Below, in pieces: positions 16,058 through 25,933 of a stretch of 28,808 bases of DNA. How positions within the stretch are numbered: the stretch's first letter is position 1; each line of letters opens with the position of its first letter. Both the position numbers and the translations under genes were made by a program. The notes beneath the pieces are model-generated. The model was not told the origin of the DNA. It did not search any database and saw only the letters and a program-made list of their open reading frames with translations. Source of the DNA: Candidatus Krumholzibacteriia bacterium (GTDB lineage Bacteria > Krumholzibacteriota > Krumholzibacteriia > WVZY01); the NCBI GenBank assembly GCA_046754105.1, contig JBHHVD010000037.1, positions 1-28,808 on the forward strand. The letters are read 5' to 3'.

Positions 16058-17641
16058 TCAGTGCCGCTTCGGCGTCTGTACGCGCGGCCCGGACGACGCC
16101 CGCTTGTCCGTGGCGACCGCCGCCAAGCGCTGCACGCACTTTTCCCGCCCGAGCAGATGGATTACCGAAAAAATATCGGGAGACACGCTTCTTCCGGTGA
16201 GTGCGACGCGGCACGGATGGATGAGTTCGGCGGCGGAGATACCCAACTCATCGGCCAGCCTCCGCACGAGGGTTTCGATGGCAACCCGGTCGAACACCTC
16301 CATCTGGCCGAGGGCCTCGGCCAACTTCCCCAGGTGGGTGGCCGTCCGTGGATCCCCCAGGTGTTCGTCAAACGCTTCGGGGTCGACGGGATAGTCGTCC
16401 TTGAAAAAATACGACAGGACGTGAGGCGCATCTTTGAGATTCTTGAGACGGTTGCCCATCACCTTCAGAATGATCGCCAGACGTGGAAGCTCATCGCGGT
16501 AACTCGAACTCTTTACCTCCACCGTTTTCAACGCCGCCTGGCCGTTACCACTCGCCTCGGCGGGCAGCCATTCCTCGACCTTGAAGTCCGCCGGAAAAAC
16601 TCCGTCCTCGACAAGCTTGTCGAAAACGAGCGACACCCGTTTCATCGATTCGAGTTTCTTGAAATGCTCGCCGTCGATGTGGTTCAGTTTGTCGGGGTCG
16701 AAGGCGGCGGGGTTCTTGCTGACACGCTTCAGCGAAAAGCTCTTGATCAAGCTCTCCCGTGTAAAGAACTCCGTCTTGCCGTCGAGGGACCACCCGAGCA
16801 GCGCGAGGTAATTGACCAGGGCGTCCGGCAGGTAGCCCATGCGCCGGAATTCCTGTACCGAGGCCGCGCCGTGACGCTTCGAGAGACGGGCGCGGTCGCT
16901 GCCGAGGATCATCGGCAAGTGCGCGAACTTGGGCACCTTGTAACCCAGCGCCCGGTAGACGATCACCTGCCTGGGCGTGTTCGAGATGTGGTCGTCCCCG
17001 CGAATGATGTGCGAGATCTGCATCTTCGCATCATCCACCGCGGCGGCAAAATTGTAGGTCGGCTTGCCGTCGGACCGCATGAGGACGAAATCGTCCAGCT
17101 CATCGTTGTTGAATGTGATCGGCCCACGAATCAGGTCGTAGATTCGTGTCTCTCCGACCGGCATCCGGAGACGAACTACGTGCGGAATCTTCTTCGATAC
17201 CCGCGACTGCACCTCGTCGGCGGGAAGGTTATGGCAGCGGCCGTCGTAGCGCGGGGAGCGTCCTTCCTGCGTCGCCTCGGCACGCATTTCCTCCAGTTCG
17301 GTGGTCGAGCAAAAACACCGGTATGCCTGCCCTCCGTCGAGCAGTTTTCGTAACTCCGTGTGGTAGAGGACCTGGCGTGCCGACTGCAGGTAGGGACCGC
17401 AGGAACCGTCCTTCTGCGGCCCCTCGTCCCAATCGAGACCGAGCCACCGCATGGCATCGAGGATCGCCTCGTAGGACGCCTCGGTGGAGCGCGCGGCGTC
17501 GGTGTCTTCGATCCTCAGGACAAAGACACCACCGGTCTTGCGCGCGTAGAGCCAATTGAAGAGTGCCGTTCGCGCGCCGCCGATATGCAGGTGGCCGGTG
17601 GGACTCGGTGCGAACCGAACTCTGATTCGGGCGTCGCTCAT
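16058..17641 (-). CDS. gltX: Glutamate--tRNA ligase
   Basis: RFAPSPTGHLHIGG, LRIEDTD, CFC Zn site, IIRGDDHISN, LSKRHG; adjacent to Gln/Glu tRNAs. Confidence 0.97.
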   Translation of the reverse strand: MSDARIRVRFAPSPTGHLHIGGARTALFNWLYARKTGGVFVLRIEDTDAARSTEASYEAILDAMRWLGLDWDEGPQKDGSCGPYLQSARQVLYHTELRKLLDGGQAYRCFCSTTELEEMRAEATQEGRSPRYDGRCHNLPADEVQSRVSKKIPHVVRLRMPVGETRIYDLIRGPITFNNDELDDFVLMRSDGKPTYNFAAAVDDAKMQISHIIRGDDHISNTPRQVIVYRALGYKVPKFAHLPMILGSDRARLSKRHGAASVQEFRRMGYLPDALVNYLALLGWSLDGKTEFFTRESLIKSFSLKRVSKNPAAFDPDKLNHIDGEHFKKLESMKRVSLVFDKLVEDGVFPADFKVEEWLPAEASGNGQAALKTVEVKSSSYRDELPRLAIILKVMGNRLKNLKDAPHVLSYFFKDDYPVDPEAFDEHLGDPRTATHLGKLAEALGQMEVFDRVAIETLVRRLADELGISAAELIHPCRVALTGRSVSPDIFSVIHLLGREKCVQRLAAVATDKRASSGPRVQTPKRH

Positions 17642-18606
17642 GGCATATCTAGATGGATCGAATAATCCGCCGCCACCCGCAGCACGTCCTCGTAGCCGTT
17701 CCCGAACGCCCCCCGGAACGCGTCATCCACGGTGTGGCCCTGGCCCAGCAGGTTGACCGCCTCTTTCAGGCTGTCTTCGCCGTAGGTATCGACGAGTTTC
17801 TTCACCATGCGGTACGAGCGGTAGTACGCGATCCGTGTTTCCTTCTTGGTGTCTTCGCTGTCGAGGATGGTCTCGAGAAGCCCCGGCTCCATGGCATCGG
17901 CGCCGTCGGGAAACTCGAGCATCTGCGACTCGAGGATCTTTTCTTCGCCGGAGAGGTAGGAGGCATACCCTTCCTCCAGCCAGCGCGGCGCTCCGTGCCG
18001 CGACATCTTGCCGATCGCCCACTGAAAATACTCGTGCGGCAACGCGACGTTGTCGAGCCCGCGTTTGACGAGAACGAAGATGGGCTGGAAGGTAAGGGTA
18101 TCACCCGATATCTCGGCGTAGTACCACCACTCGCGGCCCGTCCGGGTCTTGTACGCCTTGAGGTCGGGCGGACAGTTGATCACGACTCGCTCGTCGGGGC
18201 CGGTGCCGAAATAGGTGCGCAATTTGTGCCGCGCCGGCATCAGAATGTTGAAAACCCGCATGGCGTGGGTTACCGTCGTGCGCCCCTCCGGGTACCATAC
18301 CTCCATATAATCGTTGGCCAGTACGCCCCCGTCGCCGTCCCAGTACTCGTCGCGGTTGATCCGGTGGCGTTTTTTTAACCTACGCAACGTGTCCCGGACG
18401 GCGGGGCTGATGCGGCTGGTGGGTTTCTGCGTCGGGACATACTCCTCCCGGTCCAGTTCGCTGAGCTTGCGTGTGCCGGCCAGGGTGTCGGGCCCCGCCT
18501 CGGCCACTTCGGTGGCTGCTTCGTCGCCCGCTTTCTCGGCCTTTCCGCAACCGGCCGCCACGGCGACCGCCAAGAGGACCAGCGCCATTCTCTTGAGTCC
18601 ACTCAT
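17638..18606 (-). CDS. Lipoprotein with peptidase MA-like (gluzincin-like) domain and degenerate Zn motif
   Basis: ATG at 18606 after AAGGAGG; lipobox AAG-C; PHEYFQ followed by PRWLEEGYASY and a downstream AY..S motif. The track start at 19161 lies inside ilvC and was not used. Confidence 0.8.
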   Translation of the reverse strand: MSGLKRMALVLLAVAVAAGCGKAEKAGDEAATEVAEAGPDTLAGTRKLSELDREEYVPTQKPTSRISPAVRDTLRRLKKRHRINRDEYWDGDGGVLANDYMEVWYPEGRTTVTHAMRVFNILMPARHKLRTYFGTGPDERVVINCPPDLKAYKTRTGREWWYYAEISGDTLTFQPIFVLVKRGLDNVALPHEYFQWAIGKMSRHGAPRWLEEGYASYLSGEEKILESQMLEFPDGADAMEPGLLETILDSEDTKKETRIAYYRSYRMVKKLVDTYGEDSLKEAVNLLGQGHTVDDAFRGAFGNGYEDVLRVAADYSIHLDMP

Positions 18607-19601
18607 GAATCGTCCTCCTTCAGATAGGTCATGAGCGCCCGAACAGGGATACCGGCGCTTTCGATCGGATGTTTGGCCTCGGCGGCAATGTGGCGCCGAA
18701 GACCATGCTGACCGTCCCGCGACTCCTTGCGCCAGCCTCGGGCGAACTCGCCCGACTCGATGGATGTCAGTAACGATTTCATTCTCGCTCGCACCCCTTC
18801 GGTAACGAGGGTCTCTTCGGCGACGTAACTGCCCCAGGCCGCCGTGCGGCTGATCTTCTCGCGCATGAACTCGAGGCCGCCGCGGGCCATCAAGTCGGTG
18901 ATGATCTGCAGCTCGTGCAGGCATTCGATATAGGCGACGTGCGGATCGTACCCTCGCTCGACCAGGGTGTCGAAGGCGGCCTTGACCAGCGCGGGCGCCC
19001 CCCCGCACAGGACCGCCTGCTCTCCGAACAGGTCGGTCACCGCCTCCTCGCGAAACGTGGTCTCGATCGCACCCGCCCGCAGGCAGCCCAGCATGTGCGC
19101 GTACGAGAGCATTTTCTCTTTCGCGCTGCCGGAGGCATCCCGCTCCACCGCCACCAGGCACATGAGTCCCCGGCCTTGCGTGTAGAGCTTGCGCAGGAAA
19201 TGGCCCTGGCCTTTCGGCGCCACCAGGATGACGTCGTGACCCGGCGGCGGCTCGATCTCGCCGAAACCGATCGTGAAACCGTGGGCAAAAACCAGCGCCG
19301 CCCCGGCCTTGAGATGCTCCCGGATCTCGCCGCCGAAGACCGCGGCCTGCGCCTCATCGGGCAAGAGCATGACGACGTAGTCCGCCCCCTCGACCGCCTC
19401 ACGGACGTCCAGCGGCTCGAAGCCGTCGGATTCCGCGCGGGCCCAGCCCGCGCCGCCCCGCCGGGCTCCCACGACGACGTCGGCACCGCTTTCCTTGAGG
19501 TTCAAGGCGTGGGCGTGCCCCTGGTTGCCGTAGCCGATGATCGCGGTGCGGGCGCCACGCATGCTCTCGCGCCCCACGTCCTCTTCTCTATAGACCTTCA
19601 T
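18603..19601 (-). CDS. ilvC: Ketol-acid reductoisomerase (class I, short)
   Basis: IIGYGNQGHAHALNL, LLPDE, FAHGF, VAPKG.GH, TDLFGEQAVLCGG, AYIECLHE; ATG 19601 after AAGGA. Confidence 0.9.
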   Translation of the reverse strand: MKVYREEDVGRESMRGARTAIIGYGNQGHAHALNLKESGADVVVGARRGGAGWARAESDGFEPLDVREAVEGADYVVMLLPDEAQAAVFGGEIREHLKAGAALVFAHGFTIGFGEIEPPPGHDVILVAPKGQGHFLRKLYTQGRGLMCLVAVERDASGSAKEKMLSYAHMLGCLRAGAIETTFREEAVTDLFGEQAVLCGGAPALVKAAFDTLVERGYDPHVAYIECLHELQIITDLMARGGLEFMREKISRTAAWGSYVAEETLVTEGVRARMKSLLTSIESGEFARGWRKESRDGQHGLRRHIAAEAKHPIESAGIPVRALMTYLKEDDS

Positions 19602-19868
19602 TCGTTCCTTTCCCAAGCATCACCGAAGGAAAACAGCCTGTGTTGTATCCCGAGGAAATCATCGGTGCCGGCCCCGGTGCGGGTGCCCGGTGGTGCCGGG
19701 CATCCGGGAGCGAATCGGAGGAAACAAACTCCCGCTATTTTACAACAATTCCGCCCGCGGTTCTGCAGAATTTTCGAGGCTTCCCCGTGGCGCCGTGCCG
19801 CCCCGGCCGGGTCGTACCACCCCGGGGCTACCGTGCCCTCGGCGTGCGGGCACCCCGGAGCGGCGCTA

Positions 19869-19897
19869 TTGACAAGCCCAAGCCGTTTCTATAGATT
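19869..19897 (+). promoter_or_regulatory. Sigma70-type promoter for tRNA-Met / tilS operon
   Basis: TTGACA-N17-TAGATT 25 nt upstream of the tRNA. Confidence 0.75.
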
Positions 19898-19922
19898 AGG
19901 GAGACTGTTTTCCGAAGGCACG

Positions 19923-19999
19923 GGCGGTGTAGCTCAGTTGGTTAGAGCAGCGGAATCATAATCCGCGTGTCCGGGGTTCGAGTCCCTGCACCGCCACCA
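19923..19999 (+). tRNA. tRNA with CAT anticodon, most likely elongator tRNA-Met
   Basis: GGCGGTGTAGCTCAGTTGGTTAGAGCA-GCGGA-ATCATAA-TCCGC...GGTTCGAGTCC...CACCGCCACCA. G1-C72 is paired, so not initiator; G2-C71/C3-G70 is Met-type. Confidence 0.93.
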
Positions 20000-20053
20000 T
20001 CACACCGGTCCCCCGTCCCCGCCCGTCCGCGTTATCGAACTGAGGAGAATTCG

Positions 20054-21469
20054 TTGTCGCCCGACGAAGCCCATCGGCTCAGAGAGTCGGTCAAGTGGTT
20101 CAGCATCTCCGAGGAGCTCTTTCCCGAAGGAGCGCTCGTGCTCGTAGCCGTTTCCGGCGGTGCCGATTCGATGACCCTGCTATCGGTCCTTCACGGGCTC
20201 GGCAAGGAACTCGGATTTCGCGTCGCCGTCGCCCATCTGGACCACCAGATTCGGCCCGAGAGCGACGACGACCGCGCGCTGGTCGAGCGTTATGTGGGGC
20301 GCATCGGTGTTCCCTTCTACAAGGGAAAGGAAGACGTCCCGGCTCTGGCCGCGGCGAACGGCGAGTCCCTGGAGGAGGCGGCCCGAAAGGCCCGGTACCG
20401 CTTTTTGTTCGAGGTCGCCGAGCGGATTTCGGCCGACCGCATCGCTACCGGCCATACGAGGGACGACCAGGCGGAGACGGTGATCATGCGGTTTCTCCAC
20501 GGCACCGGCATCCGCGGGCTGACGGGGATCCCCGTCCAGCGGGGCAAGATCGTCCGGCCCTTGCTGCGCGTGGGCCGGGCGGACACGAGCGCGTATTGCA
20601 GGGCCCTGGACCTCCCCTGCGCCGCGGACCCGTCGAACGAGGATACCCGCTTCCTGCGCAACCGTATCCGGCACGAGCTGCTGCCACTCCTCAGGGAGTC
20701 CTACCACCCCGGGGTCGAAGAGAACCTGCGGCGCCTGGCCCACAACGCCCAGGAGGTCGTCGGCCACGTCCGTCTGCGCACGCGGCCGCTCGTCGAGCAG
20801 AATCTGCGGCAGTCGGCGGACGGCGAATGGGTGCTCAACGTGTCCAAGATCGCGCTCCTCGACGAAACCTCCCTGTTCGTCCTCTTCGGCGACCTGCTTG
20901 CCGAATCGTTGGGGTGTGACGCCGACCTGACGCGCGTTCATTACGAGAGCCTCGCGCACCTCGTACGGGACTCGCGCGGCTCCGGCAAGATGCTGAGCCT
21001 CCCCGGCCTGGTGGTCAAGAGAGAGTACGAAAACCTCCTGATCCGCCGCTCGCGGGGCGCCGCGACGACGCCCGCGTGGGATTGCCGGGCGACCCTGACC
21101 GTTCCCGGCGATACCCGGGCGGCGGGCCTGCAGGTGCGCACGGAGATTGTCAGCCGCGACGCCGTCGGCGCCGCGTCGCTTGTGGCCACGGACCAAACGG
21201 CCTGCTTCGCGCTGGACAAGCTCAAGCTGCCGCTGGTACTGCGCAGTCCCGCAGACGGTGACCGGATGCGGCCGTTCGGGATGGACGGCACGAAGAAGCT
21301 CAGCGACATCTTCACCGACAAGAAGATCCCCGGTCGTCACCGCCCGCAGTCGATCGTCGTCGCCGACGCCAGCGAGATCTTGTGGCTCGTCGGGGTCACC
21401 ACGAGCGAGGGATCGCGGGTCGGGGACAACACGGACAAAATTGTCAGGATTTCGATTCATCGTGAATAA
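20054..21469 (+). CDS. tilS: tRNA(Ile)-lysidine synthetase
   Basis: PP-loop AVSGGADS, EEAARKARY, GHTRDDQAET, RNRIRH, C-terminal TilS-C (GDRMRPFG..KKLSDIF). TTG start after GAGGAG; the track start lies inside the tRNA. Confidence 0.96.
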   Translation: MSPDEAHRLRESVKWFSISEELFPEGALVLVAVSGGADSMTLLSVLHGLGKELGFRVAVAHLDHQIRPESDDDRALVERYVGRIGVPFYKGKEDVPALAAANGESLEEAARKARYRFLFEVAERISADRIATGHTRDDQAETVIMRFLHGTGIRGLTGIPVQRGKIVRPLLRVGRADTSAYCRALDLPCAADPSNEDTRFLRNRIRHELLPLLRESYHPGVEENLRRLAHNAQEVVGHVRLRTRPLVEQNLRQSADGEWVLNVSKIALLDETSLFVLFGDLLAESLGCDADLTRVHYESLAHLVRDSRGSGKMLSLPGLVVKREYENLLIRRSRGAATTPAWDCRATLTVPGDTRAAGLQVRTEIVSRDAVGAASLVATDQTACFALDKLKLPLVLRSPADGDRMRPFGMDGTKKLSDIFTDKKIPGRHRPQSIVVADASEILWLVGVTTSEGSRVGDNTDKIVRISIHRE

Positions 21470-21481
21470 ACGGGCCGGGTC

Positions 21482-22036
21482 ATGAGTAATCCCAGCACGT
21501 CATACGAACCCGGCGAGGTCTTGCTGTCGGCGGATGACATTGCCGGTGTGGTCGCCGGGCTGGGCCGGCAGATCTCGTCCGATTACGACGGCCGCGACCC
21601 GGTCCTGATCAACCTGCTCAAGGGCGGCGTCGTGTTCCTCGCCGACCTGATCCGGCAGATCGACATACCGCACCAGATCGATTTCCTCATCGTGTCGAGC
21701 TACGACGGGGGGACGCAGTCGAGCGGGGCGGTACGCATCGTCGAGGACCTCAGGACCAACATCGCCGGGCGGGAAGTACTGGTAGTAGAGGATGTATTAG
21801 ACACTGGCCGGACTCTTGCCTATATTCTCGATATGCTGAAAATCCGCGCTCCGAAGACCATCGAGGTATGCTCCCTGCTACGGAAGGACTCGGCACGGAG
21901 AAGGGGCGGCATACCGGTGCGCTACGTGGGCAAAGATATCCCGGACGTCTTCGTCGTCGGGTACGGGCTGGACTTCAACGAGCGCTTCCGCAACCTGCCG
22001 CACATCGCCAAGCTTGTAGTTCCAGGGCAATTGTAG
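21482..22036 (+). CDS. hpt: Hypoxanthine phosphoribosyltransferase
   Basis: LLKGG..F.ADL, SSY, VLVVEDVLDTGRTL, FVVGYGLDF.ERFRNLP. Confidence 0.96.
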   Translation: MSNPSTSYEPGEVLLSADDIAGVVAGLGRQISSDYDGRDPVLINLLKGGVVFLADLIRQIDIPHQIDFLIVSSYDGGTQSSGAVRIVEDLRTNIAGREVLVVEDVLDTGRTLAYILDMLKIRAPKTIEVCSLLRKDSARRRGGIPVRYVGKDIPDVFVVGYGLDFNERFRNLPHIAKLVVPGQL

Positions 22037-22082
22037 TATCCTTATATATATGTAGAACCGACGGAAGAGGTACCGTAACCCC

Positions 22083-24140
22083 ATGTCAGATAATCACGAA
22101 GGCCCCCGCAAGAGACCCGGAATGTCACCGAAACCCAGCCTGGGCAAGCCCGGCCGGCCGGTCCGCGCGATGGTGTTCTGGGTCATCCTCGTTCTGGTCC
22201 TTCTGATCGCCTTCCAGATGTTCGAAATGGGCAAGATGCCCGAATACCGGGTTTCGTACTCCGAATTCGTCAAGCAGATCGACGACGGTAATATCAAGAA
22301 AGTCGTCGTGAAGGGCCTCGAGGTCCGGGGCACGCTCCTCAACCCGACCCTGATTCCCACGCCGCCCGGAGATAATGACCAGGCCAAACAGCGCGAGGTC
22401 CGCGTCGAGAAATTCACCCTCATTCTGCCGGTCGAGAACGACCGGCTGCCCGAGATGATCCTGGCCAAGAGCCCCAACGCGATCATCGAGGGCGAGGTTC
22501 CCGGCGGCAGTACCTGGGTCAAGCTCCTCACGTCCGGCCTGCCGCTGCTGCTGATCGTGGGACTGTGGCTCTTGATCATGCGTCAGATGCAAGCAGGTGG
22601 GAATAAAGCATTTAGCTTTGGAAAAAGCCGGGCGCGCATGTTCGGTGGCGACCGGCCGCGGGTGACCTTCGAGGACGTCGCGGGAGCCGACGAGGCCAAG
22701 GAAGAACTCCAGGAGATTATCGAGTTCCTGCGCGACCCCAAGAAGTTCCAGAAGCTGGGAGGCCGTATCCCCAAGGGCGCCATCCTCATGGGCGCGCCGG
22801 GAACCGGCAAGACGCTGCTGGCCAAGGCGGTGGCCGGCGAGGCCAACGTGCCGTTTTTCTCGATGAGCGGCTCCGACTTCGTGGAGATGTTCGTCGGGGT
22901 GGGCGCCTCCCGCGTGCGCGACCTCTTCGAACAGGGCAAGAAGCACGCGCCGTGTATTCTTTTCATAGATGAAATCGATGCCGTCGGCCGCCATCGCGGC
23001 GCCGGCCTCGGCGGCGGTCACGACGAGCGAGAGCAGACGCTCAACCAGCTGCTGGTGGAAATGGACGGCTTCGAGAGCAACGACGGTGTGATCCTGCTCG
23101 CCGCCACCAACCGGCCCGACGTACTCGATCCCGCCCTGCTGCGGCCCGGCCGTTTCGACCGGCGTATCGTCGTCGACATGCCCGACGTCCGCGGGCGAGA
23201 GGGGATTCTCAAGGTTCACTCGCGCAACATCCCGCTCGGCGAAAACGTCGACTTGAGCGTCATCGCGCGGGGCACGCCCGGTATGAGCGGCGCGGACCTG
23301 TCCAACATGATCAATGAGGCCGCTCTGCTGGCCGCTCGTTACGACAAGGACCGGGTGGGAATGGATGAAGTGGAGGACGCCAAGGACAAGATCCTCCTCG
23401 GACCGGAAAAGAAGAGCAAGCTGGTCAAGGAAGAGGCCAGGCAGCTGACCGCGTATCACGAGGCGGGCCACGCAGTCGTCGGCGCCAACCTCAAGTACTC
23501 CGACCCCGTCTACAAGGTGACGATCATTCCCCGCGGCCGCGCGGGGGGGGTTACGTATTTTCTGCCGGAGGACGACCGCACCGAAGTGTCCAAGGATTGG
23601 TGCCTCGACACCATCACGCAGGCGCTAGGCGGGCGTGTCGCCGAACAGCTGGTCCTCGACCGCATGGGCAGTGGTGCGCAGTCCGACATCGAGACCGTCT
23701 CCAAGCTGGTGCGCCGCATGGTGACCCAGTGGGGGATGAGCGAGAAGCTCGGTCCCATTTCATTCGGCGAACGCGAGGAGCAGATCTTCCTGGGCCGCGA
23801 GATCCAGCAGCACCAGGACTATAGCGAAGAAACCGCAGAGCAGATCGATAAAGAGGTCAAAGTGATTGTCACCGCGGCCTACGACCGCGCCAAACAAATC
23901 CTCGAAGACAAGATCGATATCCTCCACACAATGGCCAGCGCGCTCCTCGAACGAGAGACCCTCGACCGCGAGGAGATCGAAATGCTGCTCAAGGGTGAGA
24001 AGCTGCCGCCGCTTCGGCGGCGCCAGGCAGAACCCGCCCCCTCAGTGGAAGAAGAACGAGAAGTAACCGCGGAAGAGCCGGAGAAACACCGGACCGAATT
24101 CCCCAGCAAGCCACCGCTTCCACGACCCGATACGCCATAG
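22083..24140 (+). CDS. ftsH: ATP-dependent zinc metalloprotease FtsH
   Basis: Two TM helices, [49 protein letters not shown]. Confidence 0.98.
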   Translation: MSDNHEGPRKRPGMSPKPSLGKPGRPVRAMVFWVILVLVLLIAFQMFEMGKMPEYRVSYSEFVKQIDDGNIKKVVVKGLEVRGTLLNPTLIPTPPGDNDQAKQREVRVEKFTLILPVENDRLPEMILAKSPNAIIEGEVPGGSTWVKLLTSGLPLLLIVGLWLLIMRQMQAGGNKAFSFGKSRARMFGGDRPRVTFEDVAGADEAKEELQEIIEFLRDPKKFQKLGGRIPKGAILMGAPGTGKTLLAKAVAGEANVPFFSMSGSDFVEMFVGVGASRVRDLFEQGKKHAPCILFIDEIDAVGRHRGAGLGGGHDEREQTLNQLLVEMDGFESNDGVILLAATNRPDVLDPALLRPGRFDRRIVVDMPDVRGREGILKVHSRNIPLGENVDLSVIARGTPGMSGADLSNMINEAALLAARYDKDRVGMDEVEDAKDKILLGPEKKSKLVKEEARQLTAYHEAGHAVVGANLKYSDPVYKVTIIPRGRAGGVTYFLPEDDRTEVSKDWCLDTITQALGGRVAEQLVLDRMGSGAQSDIETVSKLVRRMVTQWGMSEKLGPISFGEREEQIFLGREIQQHQDYSEETAEQIDKEVKVIVTAAYDRAKQILEDKIDILHTMASALLERETLDREEIEMLLKGEKLPPLRRRQAEPAPSVEEEREVTAEEPEKHRTEFPSKPPLPRPDTP

Positions 24141-24158
24141 GCAGCCCCGATTGCTACG

Positions 24159-25040
24159 ATGCCCGAACCCGCTGGACTTCGACAAAAGCAGACGATCCGA
24201 TGCGGCGGCCTTGCGCTCGCCGCCAGGCGTGCGCCGCTCGTCATGGGCATCCTCAACGTCACGCCGGACTCGTTCTCGGACGGCGGTGATTTTATCGATC
24301 CCGGGGCCGCCAGCCGCCGGGCGCTGGACATGGAGCGCGAAGGTGCGGACGTCATCGATATCGGCGGGGAGTCCTCGCGGCCCGGTGCCGAACGGATTCC
24401 GGCGCGCGTCGAATCGGAGCGCGTGCTGCCCGTCGTGAGGGAGCTCGCCGCAAAGCTCACCGTGCCGATGTCGATCGATACCTGCCGGCCGGAGGTCGCC
24501 GCAGCGGCGCTGGATGCGGGATGCCGCATGGTCAACGACGTCACCGCCTGCCGCCACCCGGAGATGCCCGACGTCCTGCAGCACTACGACGTGCCCGTGG
24601 TGCTCATGCATATGCTGGGCGACCCCGATTCGATGCAGGCCGCCCCGTCATACGACGACGTTGTCGAGGAGGTGTTCTCGTACCTGCGCGAGCGCGTCGA
24701 GTTCCTGACCGGCCGGGGCATCGCGGGCGAGCGCGTCATCGTAGACCCCGGCATCGGCTTCGGCAAACGATTCCGCGACAATCTCGATCTGCTCGGCTCG
24801 GCAACCCGGTTCTATGACCTGGGTCATCCGCTTCTCATCGGGGCGTCGCGAAAGCGGTTCCTCGGCGAGCTACTCCGGGCACCGGCGGCGGGCCGGCTCA
24901 CCGGCAGCCTCGCCGTTGCCGCGCGCTGTTACCAGATGGATGTTGACATGGTACGCGTTCACGACGTAAAAGAGACCGTAGAGTTGTTCCGGGTTCTGGA
25001 CGCGATGGACCGGCCCGGTGAGTACCGCGCCGACTGGTAG
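24159..25040 (+). CDS. folP: Dihydropteroate synthase
   Basis: MGILNVTPDSFSDGG, DIGGESSRPG, DPGIGFGK, GASRKRF, VRVHDV. Confidence 0.97.
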   Translation: MPEPAGLRQKQTIRCGGLALAARRAPLVMGILNVTPDSFSDGGDFIDPGAASRRALDMEREGADVIDIGGESSRPGAERIPARVESERVLPVVRELAAKLTVPMSIDTCRPEVAAAALDAGCRMVNDVTACRHPEMPDVLQHYDVPVVLMHMLGDPDSMQAAPSYDDVVEEVFSYLRERVEFLTGRGIAGERVIVDPGIGFGKRFRDNLDLLGSATRFYDLGHPLLIGASRKRFLGELLRAPAAGRLTGSLAVAARCYQMDVDMVRVHDVKETVELFRVLDAMDRPGEYRADW

Positions 25041-25072
25041 CCGTTGGTCCGTTTCTTTAACCGCTTGTACTC

Positions 25073-25861
25073 ATGGGCTCGATATCCTCCGACCTGATCC
25101 TCGATGTAATCGACGTCGTTATCGTCTCTTTCCTGCTGTACAAACTCTTCACGCTGATGCGGGGCACGCGGGCCGTTCACATGTTTTTCGGCCTCATCAT
25201 GCTGTTCGTGCTGTCGGTGGTGGCGCAGTGGATGAACCTGATGGCCCTCAACTGGATCATCTCCAGCCTGAAGACCGTCTGGGTCATTGCGTTCGTCATT
25301 ATTTTCCAGCCGGAGCTGCGCCGCGCCCTCGCCTCGTTGGGACAAAACCCCATCCTGAGCCGGTTTGTCAGCGTGGAGGAAACGGGTGTCATCCCCGAGA
25401 TCATAAAAAGCACAGCCCGGCTGGCCGATAAGGGGATCGGCGCCATTATCGTGATGGAAAAGGATATGGGGCTGAAGAACTACATCGAGACCGGCACCAA
25501 GGTCGATGCGAAAGTGACCTCGGAACTGCTGGAGACGGTTTTTACGCCCACGAGCCCGCTGCACGACGGCGCCGTCATCATCCAGAACGACCGCGTTACA
25601 GCGGCGGGCTGTATCCTGCCGCTGACCGCCGACCAGCGCCTGTCGGCGGCCCTGGGCACGCGCCACCGCGCGGCCATCGGCCTTACAGAGGAAACGGACG
25701 CTATCGTCATCGTGGTGTCCGAGGAGACGCACGCGATCTCCTACGCGCAGGGCGGCAAGCTCAAGCGCAAGATCGACACCAACACCCTCCGTGCCGACCT
25801 GCTGAAGAACTTCGGGATTGGCAGCGAGGAACGGACCTCCACCGCGACAACGGCGGCGTGA
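25073..25861 (+). CDS. cdaA: Membrane-bound diadenylate cyclase CdaA/DacA
   Basis: Three N-terminal TM helices, IIFQPELRRAL, PLHDGA, GTRHRAAIG, VVSEE. Confidence 0.95.
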   Translation: MGSISSDLILDVIDVVIVSFLLYKLFTLMRGTRAVHMFFGLIMLFVLSVVAQWMNLMALNWIISSLKTVWVIAFVIIFQPELRRALASLGQNPILSRFVSVEETGVIPEIIKSTARLADKGIGAIIVMEKDMGLKNYIETGTKVDAKVTSELLETVFTPTSPLHDGAVIIQNDRVTAAGCILPLTADQRLSAALGTRHRAAIGLTEETDAIVIVVSEETHAISYAQGGKLKRKIDTNTLRADLLKNFGIGSEERTSTATTAA

Positions 25862-25933
25862 TGGGCCCGCGTTTCCCGGCGCTGTTCCCGCGAAGCGGCG
25901 GGGCCGGTCGGCCAGATCGCGTGCGCCGCGTTT

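Noticed and set aside
19602..19740. Branched-chain amino-acid attenuator or T-box upstream of ilvC
   Set aside because: The short ORF examined (MPGTTGHPHRGRHR) has no Ile/Leu/Val, and no T-box motif or U-tailed terminator is evident
19967..20053. N-terminal extension of TilS in the track
   Set aside because: Overlaps the tRNA; TTG at 20054 has a GAGGAG RBS
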